A stretch of 32,000 bases of DNA from Ignicoccus islandicus DSM 13165 (GTDB lineage: Archaea; Thermoproteota; Thermoprotei_A; Sulfolobales; Ignicoccaceae), in contig NZ_CP006867.1 of NCBI RefSeq assembly GCF_001481685.1, forward strand, positions 1,020,001-1,052,000, written 5' to 3'. Positions within the stretch are counted from its first letter, which is position 1. Every line of letters begins with the position of its first letter. A program made the translations under genes and the position numbers. Of this stretch, positions 16,017-23,710 are shown in pieces. Under the pieces are notes generated by a model. It made no database searches, had not been told where the DNA came from, and saw only the letters and a list, made by a program, of their open reading frames with translations.

Positions 16017-17477
16017 TTCAGCCAACTTCTTCAATACCTTCGTTGAGCTCACCGAGCCGTAGTAACCGAAGTCCCCCTTTACGACCGCTACGAGGGGATA
16101 CTCCTCTATCTCTTCTTCTACGGCGATTACCTTCCCTATGCTGTCATTGCAATCGAACACTGGTACGCCTTCGTGATACACTTCGTACACTCGAAGTTTC
16201 TTCAGCTCGCTTTCGCTCAAACCTATTACGTCCTTGAGCTCCACGTATCCTATTGGCCAATTGCTGGCGTCTATTACTACTACCGCTTCCCTTCCGTCCT
16301 TAAGTATCTCGAATGCCTCCCAGAGAGTTTGGCTCAAGTCCACTGCAACTCTTTCCAACTCCAAGTCGCAGAACTTAGGTAATGATTGAGGCTTCCTCTT
16401 CTTCTTTATTGCCAACGATCCTATTGATAAGGTGTTCAAGAGAACCGTTGCGATAGATGCCGAATACAGCTCTTGCGAGAGCTTGCCTATTTTGAATTGG
16501 CTCGCTAGTAGAGCGGTGTCGATGCCCCCTTTAACTGTAGTTAGAAGGGAGGTCCTCCAATTCCATCCAGTAATTAACCTTACAATTACGGCTTTGATTA
16601 AGACTACCGAGAAGTTAGCCACAATGAGAATTGGGGCAACTCTCGAAAGTATAGCGAACGGGTTAACTAGGACGGACGAACCCACGAAGAACAGCGGTTC
16701 GAAGAACGAGTGATTTACAGCTTTTAACTTGCTCTTCAACCAAGGCCTTTCTATTAAGTACTCGCTTGCGACCAAGCCCATCATTAGGGAAACGACTGCG
16801 CTGTTCAGTCCAATGCTTTCCGAAGCATACCCAACTAATAGTATCAACGCTATCATGAAACTCAAAGGGAACTCCTTAGCTAAGAACTTCTCCTCGTATT
16901 CAAAGAATCTCTTAAAGAACTTCTCACCGTAAATTACGGACGCGACCGCTAGGAAAACCGTTAAAGCCAATACCTTTACGTCGAAAACTATGAAGAGATA
17001 TAGCGAGAGGATTGCAATTACCTCCGCTATTTCATCTATTATTAGGAAATCTTCGAAGCCCTCTAGTTCCACGTGCTTCAGCAAGCTACTAATTCTTATC
17101 GTGCTAGGCATTGCGAATATTACTGAAAGCAAGAGGGCGTCCTTGAAATCTATTGCGGAAGCTAGGAGGGCGAGCGAAGCTAGGAACGGGGCAAAGAACA
17201 AAACTAGACCTCTAAGCAAGTAGCCCCTATTTACGTTCCTCAGAGACAAACCGAGGTCTTCAGTGCCCATCAAGAACGCCGTGAAGTTAAGGCCTACCGT
17301 AAAGAGCAAGGGGGCGAACTTATACTCTTCCCTGAACGCAGGGAAGAACGACATTAGGATGCCTAGGACGAGGGGACCTAACAGATGAGGCAACCCTATC
17401 TTTAAGGCTAGTTCCTCCGCGAGCTTAGCCAAAAGTAGAGTCAACCCTATGAGCGACGTCACTAAACTGACGTCCAT
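16002..17477 (-). CDS. cation:proton antiporter (Na+/H+ exchanger family) with a C-terminal CBS-like regulatory domain
   Basis: The N-terminus LLLAKLAEELALKIGLPHLLGPLVLGILM is typical of CPA-type exchangers. About 10 hydrophobic segments are followed by a soluble tail of about 120 aa (VVVIDASNWPIGYVELKDVIG...YPLVAVVKGDFGYYGSV). Confidence 0.8.
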   Translation of the reverse strand: MDVSLVTSLIGLTLLLAKLAEELALKIGLPHLLGPLVLGILMSFFPAFREEYKFAPLLFTVGLNFTAFLMGTEDLGLSLRNVNRGYLLRGLVLFFAPFLASLALLASAIDFKDALLLSVIFAMPSTIRISSLLKHVELEGFEDFLIIDEIAEVIAILSLYLFIVFDVKVLALTVFLAVASVIYGEKFFKRFFEYEEKFLAKEFPLSFMIALILLVGYASESIGLNSAVVSLMMGLVASEYLIERPWLKSKLKAVNHSFFEPLFFVGSSVLVNPFAILSRVAPILIVANFSVVLIKAVIVRLITGWNWRTSLLTTVKGGIDTALLASQFKIGKLSQELYSASIATVLLNTLSIGSLAIKKKRKPQSLPKFCDLELERVAVDLSQTLWEAFEILKDGREAVVVIDASNWPIGYVELKDVIGLSESELKKLRVYEVYHEGVPVFDCNDSIGKVIAVEEEIEEYPLVAVVKGDFGYYGSVSSTKVLKKLAELGAK

Positions 17478-17581
17478 TTCCCTTCTCTGTCCTCTTTTTG
17501 GAAGGGCCTCAACGCGGATTTTAAGTGTGAACGCGTAACCAAATATAGGTTTAATTAGAGAAGTACCGAGGACTTGAGATC

Positions 17582-18148
17582 ATGAAGGCTCTCGTAACTG
17601 CGTTACTGCTCTCAGCTCTAGTTTCCGCTTACATAGTAGGGGCACCGGAGCCCCATTGCTCTACCTGCCACACTCCAGCGAACCCGGTTAAGTTCGAGGT
17701 CAAGGGATTACCTAAGTACTACGTTCCGGGAAAGGAATATAACGTAACTATAGCTATAACGGAGAAATGCGAAGGGAAGTGCTGCGAAGGCTTCTACTTC
17801 TCTATACCAGCGGGAGATGTTAAGGTGAGCGATCCGAAGGCGATGAAGGTAGAGAGACCTCCCTTTGGAACCCCCTATCTGACTCACACTGAAGAGGGTA
17901 GGTTCAGAACTTCTTGGAGCTTCAAGTGGATAGCGCCTAAGGAGAGGATACCTCTAACCTTTACCGTTTCAGTACTCAAGGCAAACTGCGATAACGAGCC
18001 TACCGGAGACAACTTTTCTATAAAAGAGATAAAGGTATACCCGGAAGGGTACGTGCCTCCTAAGAGCTCTAACAGGTTGCCTTACTTGATAATAGGCGTT
18101 GCATCGATAGCCATTGCGACTCTGTTGCTAATACTCGCTATAGCGTAA
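17582..18148 (+). CDS. membrane-anchored secreted protein with a single CXXCH heme c motif
   Basis: It has a signal-peptide-like N-terminus (MKALVTALLLSALVSAYIVGA), then CSTCH at residues 26-30 (nt 17657-17671), and a C-terminal hydrophobic anchor (LPYLIIGVASIAIATLLLILAIA). Confidence 0.7.
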   Translation: MKALVTALLLSALVSAYIVGAPEPHCSTCHTPANPVKFEVKGLPKYYVPGKEYNVTIAITEKCEGKCCEGFYFSIPAGDVKVSDPKAMKVERPPFGTPYLTHTEEGRFRTSWSFKWIAPKERIPLTFTVSVLKANCDNEPTGDNFSIKEIKVYPEGYVPPKSSNRLPYLIIGVASIAIATLLLILAIA

Positions 18149-18184
18149 GGGCTTTTAGTTAGTTCAGCGAGGCTTTTTCTAGAA

Positions 18185-19204
18185 ATGCGCGTAAAATTGC
18201 TAGCTCTCATAGTAATTGCCCTCGCAATTTCCTCCCGCTCGCTACCGGTAATAGAACTGCACCAAGCGTATTACCAACTAGGCGAGCTAAGTCACGCAAC
18301 CGTAGTTGTTAGATCTGATTCGAATGAGGATTACCATGTAAGGGTTAAGTTAATTGGCGCGAAGCTGGAAAGCGGCGGAAACTCAATTGAATTCGCGAGG
18401 AAGGTTAAGTCGGGAGAGGCCATAAGGATCGATTTGAACTTCGTACCGAGGGAACCGGTAACTCGAATTAGATTGGAAGTGAACTCCGTTAAGGCCGAAG
18501 GCCTCTTGGGAAAGGTCCCCGTCCCAGGAGCGCTAGCCGAATACGAGATAAGAGAAAAGGTCATATCTATAGGGCTCTGGAACCCCCTTAGTAAGGCCGT
18601 TCGCTTCGTGGTTTCCTTCAATGCCGCCAATCCAGTTAAGGAGGTAGTTGAGAAGAAGTGCATCGAGAGGGGAACGGCGTACTCCACCTATTACTATTGC
18701 TTGAAGAAGACGTGTGCCGTGCCGTTCTACGGCAATTTGAACTGTACCAAGTGGGAGACCGTAGAGGAAGTGAACTACAGCTGCATTGAGTGGAGAGATG
18801 GGGGTTGCACCAAGTACTTGGTCGTCCCGATACGCCTCAATAAGTGCGTTGAAATGGTGGCCGGACCGGGATGTCTCTTATGGACGTGCGCGAAGTGGAA
18901 GGTAGAAAGGGAACCAGTGGAGTTCTGCAAGGTCGAAGTAACGGAGGTGAGGAAGCTCTGGCCTTCCTACGCTTTGTGGAGCGGGGAAGTGGAAGGTTTT
19001 GCGGAACTAAAGGTTCCATTCGAGTACAAGGAGGGGTCCCTCGAAGCTGGAGGAAACGAGGTCACGCTGTTCAGTGTTTACGCAGATGGAGAATTGGTCT
19101 TAGAGGCTAGGGAGAGCGCGTTCCCCGATATAATTCCTTTTATAGAGACGCTCATCCTGTACGCATTTTCCTTCTATTTCCTTTGGAGGAGTACCCACGG
19201 GTGA
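18185..19204 (+). CDS. secreted Cys-rich protein with a C-terminal membrane anchor (paralog of 19211-20386)
   Basis: It has an N-terminal signal-like segment, a central block with about 14 Cys (..YYYCLKKTCAVPFYGNLNCTKW...CIEWRDGGCTKY...CLLWTCAKWKVEREPVEFC) and a C-terminal hydrophobic helix. Confidence 0.7.
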   Translation: MRVKLLALIVIALAISSRSLPVIELHQAYYQLGELSHATVVVRSDSNEDYHVRVKLIGAKLESGGNSIEFARKVKSGEAIRIDLNFVPREPVTRIRLEVNSVKAEGLLGKVPVPGALAEYEIREKVISIGLWNPLSKAVRFVVSFNAANPVKEVVEKKCIERGTAYSTYYYCLKKTCAVPFYGNLNCTKWETVEEVNYSCIEWRDGGCTKYLVVPIRLNKCVEMVAGPGCLLWTCAKWKVEREPVEFCKVEVTEVRKLWPSYALWSGEVEGFAELKVPFEYKEGSLEAGGNEVTLFSVYADGELVLEARESAFPDIIPFIETLILYAFSFYFLWRSTHG

Positions 19205-19210
19205 TAGGGT

Positions 19211-20386
19211 TTGAGGGCCTTGCTTCTCATCGCTGCATCGCTAATACTAGCGTTCGCTTGCGTGGACGTTACCGTTTACCCGCTGAGCCAGTTCAAGCCC
19301 TTCGAAACGTCCACAGCGGTCTTTCGACTCCACTCCGAATGCCAAGCCGAGGTAAAGCTAATTGCGAAAATTTCCAATGCGACTGTTAGCGGAGCCAAGG
19401 GATTCGATTCAGTTGTTTCCAACTTGCTTATCTTGGAAAGGGAGCTCAAGAAGGGCGACCTAACCGCCTTCGCCACGCTCGTTCCTACCTCCGACAGAGT
19501 CAGCGTCCATATTTCTCTTTATATAAATGGAAGGCTTTCCAAGGACGAGGTAACGTACTTGGGAACGCCGCCTTGCGTCAGGGTCTACGCCTCCTCGCTG
19601 AATTTGAGGGATGCGTTAAAGGGCTTCGAAGTACCGGAGAACGCTAAGGCGCTCGATGTGCTTGTAATTAATCAGTGCGATGAACGTGTCTCGAGCTTGC
19701 TAAGCGTTAGGTTCCCGTTGGGCAAGGCGATGCTTTTCGCTCCCTACTACAAATGCGACGAATACGAGACCATAGCGTACACTGTTAAGGAATGCGCCAA
19801 AGACGAGTTAGGAACGCCGATTACAATTTGCGTAAAGAGCTCCAATACCGGACCCTTCAAGACCATTTACGTGAAGAAGAGCGCCCAACCGGTAGTGAGG
19901 AAGTGCACGGATTGCGTTCCAGTAGAGACGGCGAACGGAACTAATTACGTTTGTTCGAAATGCGAAACGTATGTTAGGGAACCAGAAGTTCTGGAGGAGA
20001 TATCCGTTAGGGAGCCTAGATGCTTCGAGACGAGGTGCGCGAAATGGAACGAAATAGCTAGGACCCTAAGGGTTTGTAGGGAGTGGAGCGGTAAGGCGAT
20101 TCGATCGAACGTTGAAGTAATAGGCAACTACTTCTCCTTGGAAGTTCACTTAGATAGAGGGGAAGCTAAGGAGTACCTCATACCCTTCGTCCTCACTCAG
20201 AGGTATTACGTAATAGGTTCCTTCTCGAGGGCAGTTGAAGTTCCAGTAGCGGTAATTGAGTACGGAGGAAGCGAGGTTAGGGTGAACGAAGCAATACCTA
20301 ACTACGGATACGTCTTCACAGTATTACTAACGGTCCTCTCCCTTCTCTCAATTTCGTATTTCTTGATGAAAGTAGTGGGAGGATAG
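19211..20386 (+). CDS. secreted Cys-rich protein with a C-terminal membrane anchor (paralog of 18185-19204)
   Basis: The TTG start lies 7 nt after the upstream stop. It has a signal-like N-terminus, a Cys-rich block (YYKCDEYE...CTDCVPVE...YVCSKCETY...RCFETRCAKWNEIARTLRVC) that shares the xCAKW...C pattern with the upstream gene, and a C-terminal hydrophobic helix. Confidence 0.7.
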   Translation: MRALLLIAASLILAFACVDVTVYPLSQFKPFETSTAVFRLHSECQAEVKLIAKISNATVSGAKGFDSVVSNLLILERELKKGDLTAFATLVPTSDRVSVHISLYINGRLSKDEVTYLGTPPCVRVYASSLNLRDALKGFEVPENAKALDVLVINQCDERVSSLLSVRFPLGKAMLFAPYYKCDEYETIAYTVKECAKDELGTPITICVKSSNTGPFKTIYVKKSAQPVVRKCTDCVPVETANGTNYVCSKCETYVREPEVLEEISVREPRCFETRCAKWNEIARTLRVCREWSGKAIRSNVEVIGNYFSLEVHLDRGEAKEYLIPFVLTQRYYVIGSFSRAVEVPVAVIEYGGSEVRVNEAIPNYGYVFTVLLTVLSLLSISYFLMKVVGG

Positions 20387-20411
20387 GAGCCCAGAGACCC
20401 CGTAGGGGGTG

Positions 20412-20558
20412 TGGTGGGCCCGGGGGGATTTGAACCCCCGACCTACGGGTCTCTCCTCCCGGGTCTTAACGCTCCAGACGACGATCATCGCCTTTCGGCT
20501 CTACCAGACCCGTAGTACGTCTGGAGCCCGCCGCTCTGCCTGGCTGAGCTACGGGCCC
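20412..20558 (-). tRNA. tRNA-Trp (anticodon CCA) with a 70-nt intron at the canonical 37/38 position; encoded CCA
   Basis: The minus strand reads GGGCCCG TA GCTC AGCCAGGCA GAGC G GCGGG CTCCAG [70-nt intron] A CCCGT AGGTC GGGGG TTCAAAT CCCCC CGGGCCC A CCA. The intron contains CGTCTGGAG, which is complementary to the exon sequence CTCCAGACG, as expected for a bulge-helix-bulge splice substrate. Confidence 0.8.
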
Positions 20559-20885
20559 ACCATATCTCATCCGTTGGTCCGATATCTAACGCTCGTAAAC
20601 CAGTTTATAAGTGTTTATATCAACGCACCTTCGTTAAGTTCATTTCCAAGCATCGAAATACCGTTACCGATGCTAATGCGTTTCGGTGATGGTACTATAT
20701 TTACGGAGTGCGTGCTATATCGTTATTATAAGAACTTTCTCGAGGTAGGTCTGAGAGTATTATCCAAACTGCATATGGTTATTTAGTTACGGCTGGTACC
20801 GTAGGGTGCTTATGCAATTAATATATCCCCGTTCGCTACGCCAATTTGGTTACAAGCTTAGAGAACGCTAGACGGGGCGGGAAAT

Positions 20886-21446
20886 ATGATAGGGTTATTA
20901 AAAGGTTTTATTCTGCAGCTCTCTAGTATGCCAATATCTAGCATGCCAATAACTACTAACCGAAATAAGGGATCAGGGAGGAAAGCCATATTAGTGCGTT
21001 TCAACGACCGTGCATTAAAGAAGTCTATTTTTAGGTACCAACTATGGAGAATCATTTCGCTAACATACGTTAATGGCCCCATGCCTATAGAGGGCTCGAA
21101 CGCGCTAAATCAAGGATTCATTGGAGTTCCGTTAAGAGGACCACCTCGAGACAAGTTCTTTCTCTATATTCTAGTACGTGAGAGCATCGTGGGAAGGAAG
21201 CTATCGAGGAAGTACGAGAAGTTTCTCGAAAAGGAGATCTCGAGAATTGTTGAAGAAATTTTCGAGAATAGAGACGAAATAGATGCGAAAGACTTCATCG
21301 AGAAATTCTTCTCAAACATTGAGGAGAGACTAAATATGAGATTAGAGAACAAGGAGATTCTGTACGACTTCTTTACTACTGGTCGAACAGTTAAGCGACG
21401 AGGTGGTGAGGCAATAGAACTAATATATAATGACCTTGCTTCGTAA
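20886..21446 (+). CDS. hypothetical protein; the real start is probably the internal ATG at 21081
   Basis: The C-terminal two thirds is a charged, helical-looking sequence (KYEKFLEKEISRIVEEIFENRDEIDAKDFIEKFF...). The first 65 codons cover a 15-bp tandem DNA repeat and look non-coding. Confidence 0.4.
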   Translation: MIGLLKGFILQLSSMPISSMPITTNRNKGSGRKAILVRFNDRALKKSIFRYQLWRIISLTYVNGPMPIEGSNALNQGFIGVPLRGPPRDKFFLYILVRESIVGRKLSRKYEKFLEKEISRIVEEIFENRDEIDAKDFIEKFFSNIEERLNMRLENKEILYDFFTTGRTVKRRGGEAIELIYNDLAS

Positions 21447-21655
21447 ATCACTATGTAATGTTTTTAATAAGGACACGTTGTCAGTAACGAGTATTTTTCT
21501 AATGCCTCTCGGAGCCCTTCCATGGTTTATCTATACGAGCAATCTTAACTACTTCAATTCCACCTTGAATAGCGAAGCGTAGTTACCGTTTATATGGAAA
21601 GTAAATTGGGGTAACTCTTAGATATCGCGATTCCTCGCACAACTCCTCGAAACAG

Positions 21656-23710
21656 TTACTTGAACGCATCAATTAAAAAGAGAATGTCTTTAATGGCGGT
21701 TTCCATCACTTCTTCAACGTTACGAGATGACCTTTGATAATCGAATATCTTTGCAAGCCACCATGAAAGGTACCTCCTCTTGATGTCCTCATCTAAATGT
21801 TCTAATCCGCTCCCTAGTCCCCAAGATCTCACGTGAGCATCTACTATTTCGCGCAACCTCAAGGATCTACCAGTTTCCCCTTCACTGAGTTTAATCAAAA
21901 CTTCCCTATCCATCATCTTATCGAAGACCTTCTCGAAACTTTCGATTAGTTTGAACCAAGCCGTTAGCCAAATCGGACCATTTGTAACGAGTTCTTTAAT
22001 CTTAGGTGGAACTTCTCGCTCCAGAAATTCCAGCACTTCGTTGAGCAAGCTCTCTTCTACTTCCACTTCCGCGTTATCCAGACGGCATGCGACTTTCTCT
22101 TCACACGCTCTGTAGAGGTCGCAATATCGAACGTCGCAGAAGGCCAAGCGGTGGCGAAGCGCGACCAATCTATGTGCTCTGTTTTTATTCCCTATAACGC
22201 ATCTATATCTTCCCTTGAAAGCTGCCACAGATTCTCCTAAAAGATCTCCTAGAACTGGAGAAATAGCGATTCTGACGACATCGGTCGATTCGCTTATCGA
22301 CTGAATGTCGCCTTTTAATTCTTCAATTAAATTGCTATACGAAAGCTTACCGAATTCGAAGCTAGGAATCTCGATAACTAAATCAACGTATAACCTACTA
22401 CCATGGAGTTCCGCACAATTACACCTAGCTCTCTTGATCCCTTCATCTATGTTACAAGGGTACGCAACGATACGATTTATCCTAATAGGTAAGACCCTTC
22501 GAGCGCATTGATGTGTAATACCCACTAGCGTTTCTAATGCATTTAAAAGTCCATTGGCTTCAACGGATTCGAGGCAAGCCATTAAATGGGCTTTAGGTTT
22601 ATCCAGCGGTAGCTTTATGCTATTAACTCGAATGTAGCAATCTAATCCTCGCGAAAGGGCTTCGCAAAGCGTCCCCGGAGGTATGTGACGAAAGACGTCC
22701 TCTGGTTGCGGAAGCACTGGTCTCTTTCTTTCCGTTAAAGTGAACATTTCCATGGCGATTCTCGCTTTCTCTTGGTCGCTAGCTTCCTTACTTTCCTTTA
22801 CAATCTTCAGAATGAACTTGTACCTCCTTTTAATGCAAGGTCTAACCCGCAGGCACGGCGTCAGACTGAAGTACTTGACGCTATAGTCACATCGGCTAAC
22901 ATCGAAGCCTCTCCGGAACCTATCGGGCAACGTTCTAAGCAATTTTTCCAATGGATCGACGTTCCCTATGTTCTCTTCTAATACTTCGCTTGCCTCGCGT
23001 ACTAGGTGGTTTACTAAAGAAAGTAGCGTACATACGTCGTTTGGTATGCACGCTTCTATGCGGAGTTTGTTCCATACAACTCCGTAGGCGCCCTTAATTA
23101 TTCTCGATTTGCTACAATCCGTTGGCAAATAAGTAGTCATTTCGTATATAGCGCTCTGTATCCCGGCAGTCAATGGCTTAATACTTTTTTCGATATAGGG
23201 AAATTTCTGATGACAATTTGAATGCTCTCTTAAGCTCATAACTTTCAAGTCAACCCTCTTGCGAATTACTTCGTCGTTACCGTACTTCTTATTCAATCTA
23301 CTCAAGAAGTTGCAGTGCAAGTTTTGATTCTCATAGAATAGTACTATGACCACCAGCTCGACTCTGTTATTACTTTCGTTTAGTAGCTCTTTTGCTGTTT
23401 TCAGCATTTCATCTACTGCTGCAGTTGGGTGCCTAACCGAGGAATCGGAGTAGGTGACTTTGATGGTGTATGGAGAGGTCGTTGTGAACGGTATCTTCAT
23501 GCATTTCTTACTGCCACAGGTTTCGAACCACTCTTCGCCGAAGTCGTTCCTAGGCGCGTAGAGATGTACGTTTTCAACTAGCTCGCCTTGAGGCTTCGTT
23601 TCAACTAAGTAATGGCTTACGAGCAACGCGTTAAGTACTTTTAAGGCTCTATTGAGGTCGTCGGTGAATATGTATAATAGTTTACGTCTACCTTCTCTCA
23701 CTCCTCCCAC
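21656..23710 (-). CDS. large Cys-rich soluble protein of unknown function (684 aa)
   Basis: An uninterrupted 2-kb ORF in an AT-richer island. There are no hydrophobic segments and no Walker A, HD, GGDD or nuclease motif visible by eye. About 30 Cys include the clusters CGSKKC and FCDVRYCDLYRACEEKVAC. The start overlaps the upstream gene by 13 nt. Confidence 0.75.
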   Translation of the reverse strand: MGGVREGRRKLLYIFTDDLNRALKVLNALLVSHYLVETKPQGELVENVHLYAPRNDFGEEWFETCGSKKCMKIPFTTTSPYTIKVTYSDSSVRHPTAAVDEMLKTAKELLNESNNRVELVVIVLFYENQNLHCNFLSRLNKKYGNDEVIRKRVDLKVMSLREHSNCHQKFPYIEKSIKPLTAGIQSAIYEMTTYLPTDCSKSRIIKGAYGVVWNKLRIEACIPNDVCTLLSLVNHLVREASEVLEENIGNVDPLEKLLRTLPDRFRRGFDVSRCDYSVKYFSLTPCLRVRPCIKRRYKFILKIVKESKEASDQEKARIAMEMFTLTERKRPVLPQPEDVFRHIPPGTLCEALSRGLDCYIRVNSIKLPLDKPKAHLMACLESVEANGLLNALETLVGITHQCARRVLPIRINRIVAYPCNIDEGIKRARCNCAELHGSRLYVDLVIEIPSFEFGKLSYSNLIEELKGDIQSISESTDVVRIAISPVLGDLLGESVAAFKGRYRCVIGNKNRAHRLVALRHRLAFCDVRYCDLYRACEEKVACRLDNAEVEVEESLLNEVLEFLEREVPPKIKELVTNGPIWLTAWFKLIESFEKVFDKMMDREVLIKLSEGETGRSLRLREIVDAHVRSWGLGSGLEHLDEDIKRRYLSWWLAKIFDYQRSSRNVEEVMETAIKDILFLIDAFK

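Noticed and set aside
16007-17223. Series of plus-strand ORFs (16007-16237, 16173-16382, 16432-16713, 16729-16932, 16990-17223), plus similar antisense ORFs inside other genes (for example 459-863, 1432-1857, 3702-4052, 14169-14597, 18331-18687, 26961-27293, 30374-31350)
   Set aside because: All lie antisense to or out of frame within long ORFs that carry strong family motifs. Their Ser/Pro/Leu/Arg-rich compositions are typical of shadow ORFs.
20437-20506. C/D box guide RNA inside the tRNA-Trp intron
   Set aside because: Only weak matches are present: AUGAUC against the RUGAUGA consensus, and CUGG instead of CUGA. That is not enough to call.
20409-20786. ORF of 125 aa on the plus strand
   Set aside because: Its 5' half is the antisense of the tRNA-Trp gene and its intron. 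The rest runs through AT-rich intergenic DNA with no coding character.
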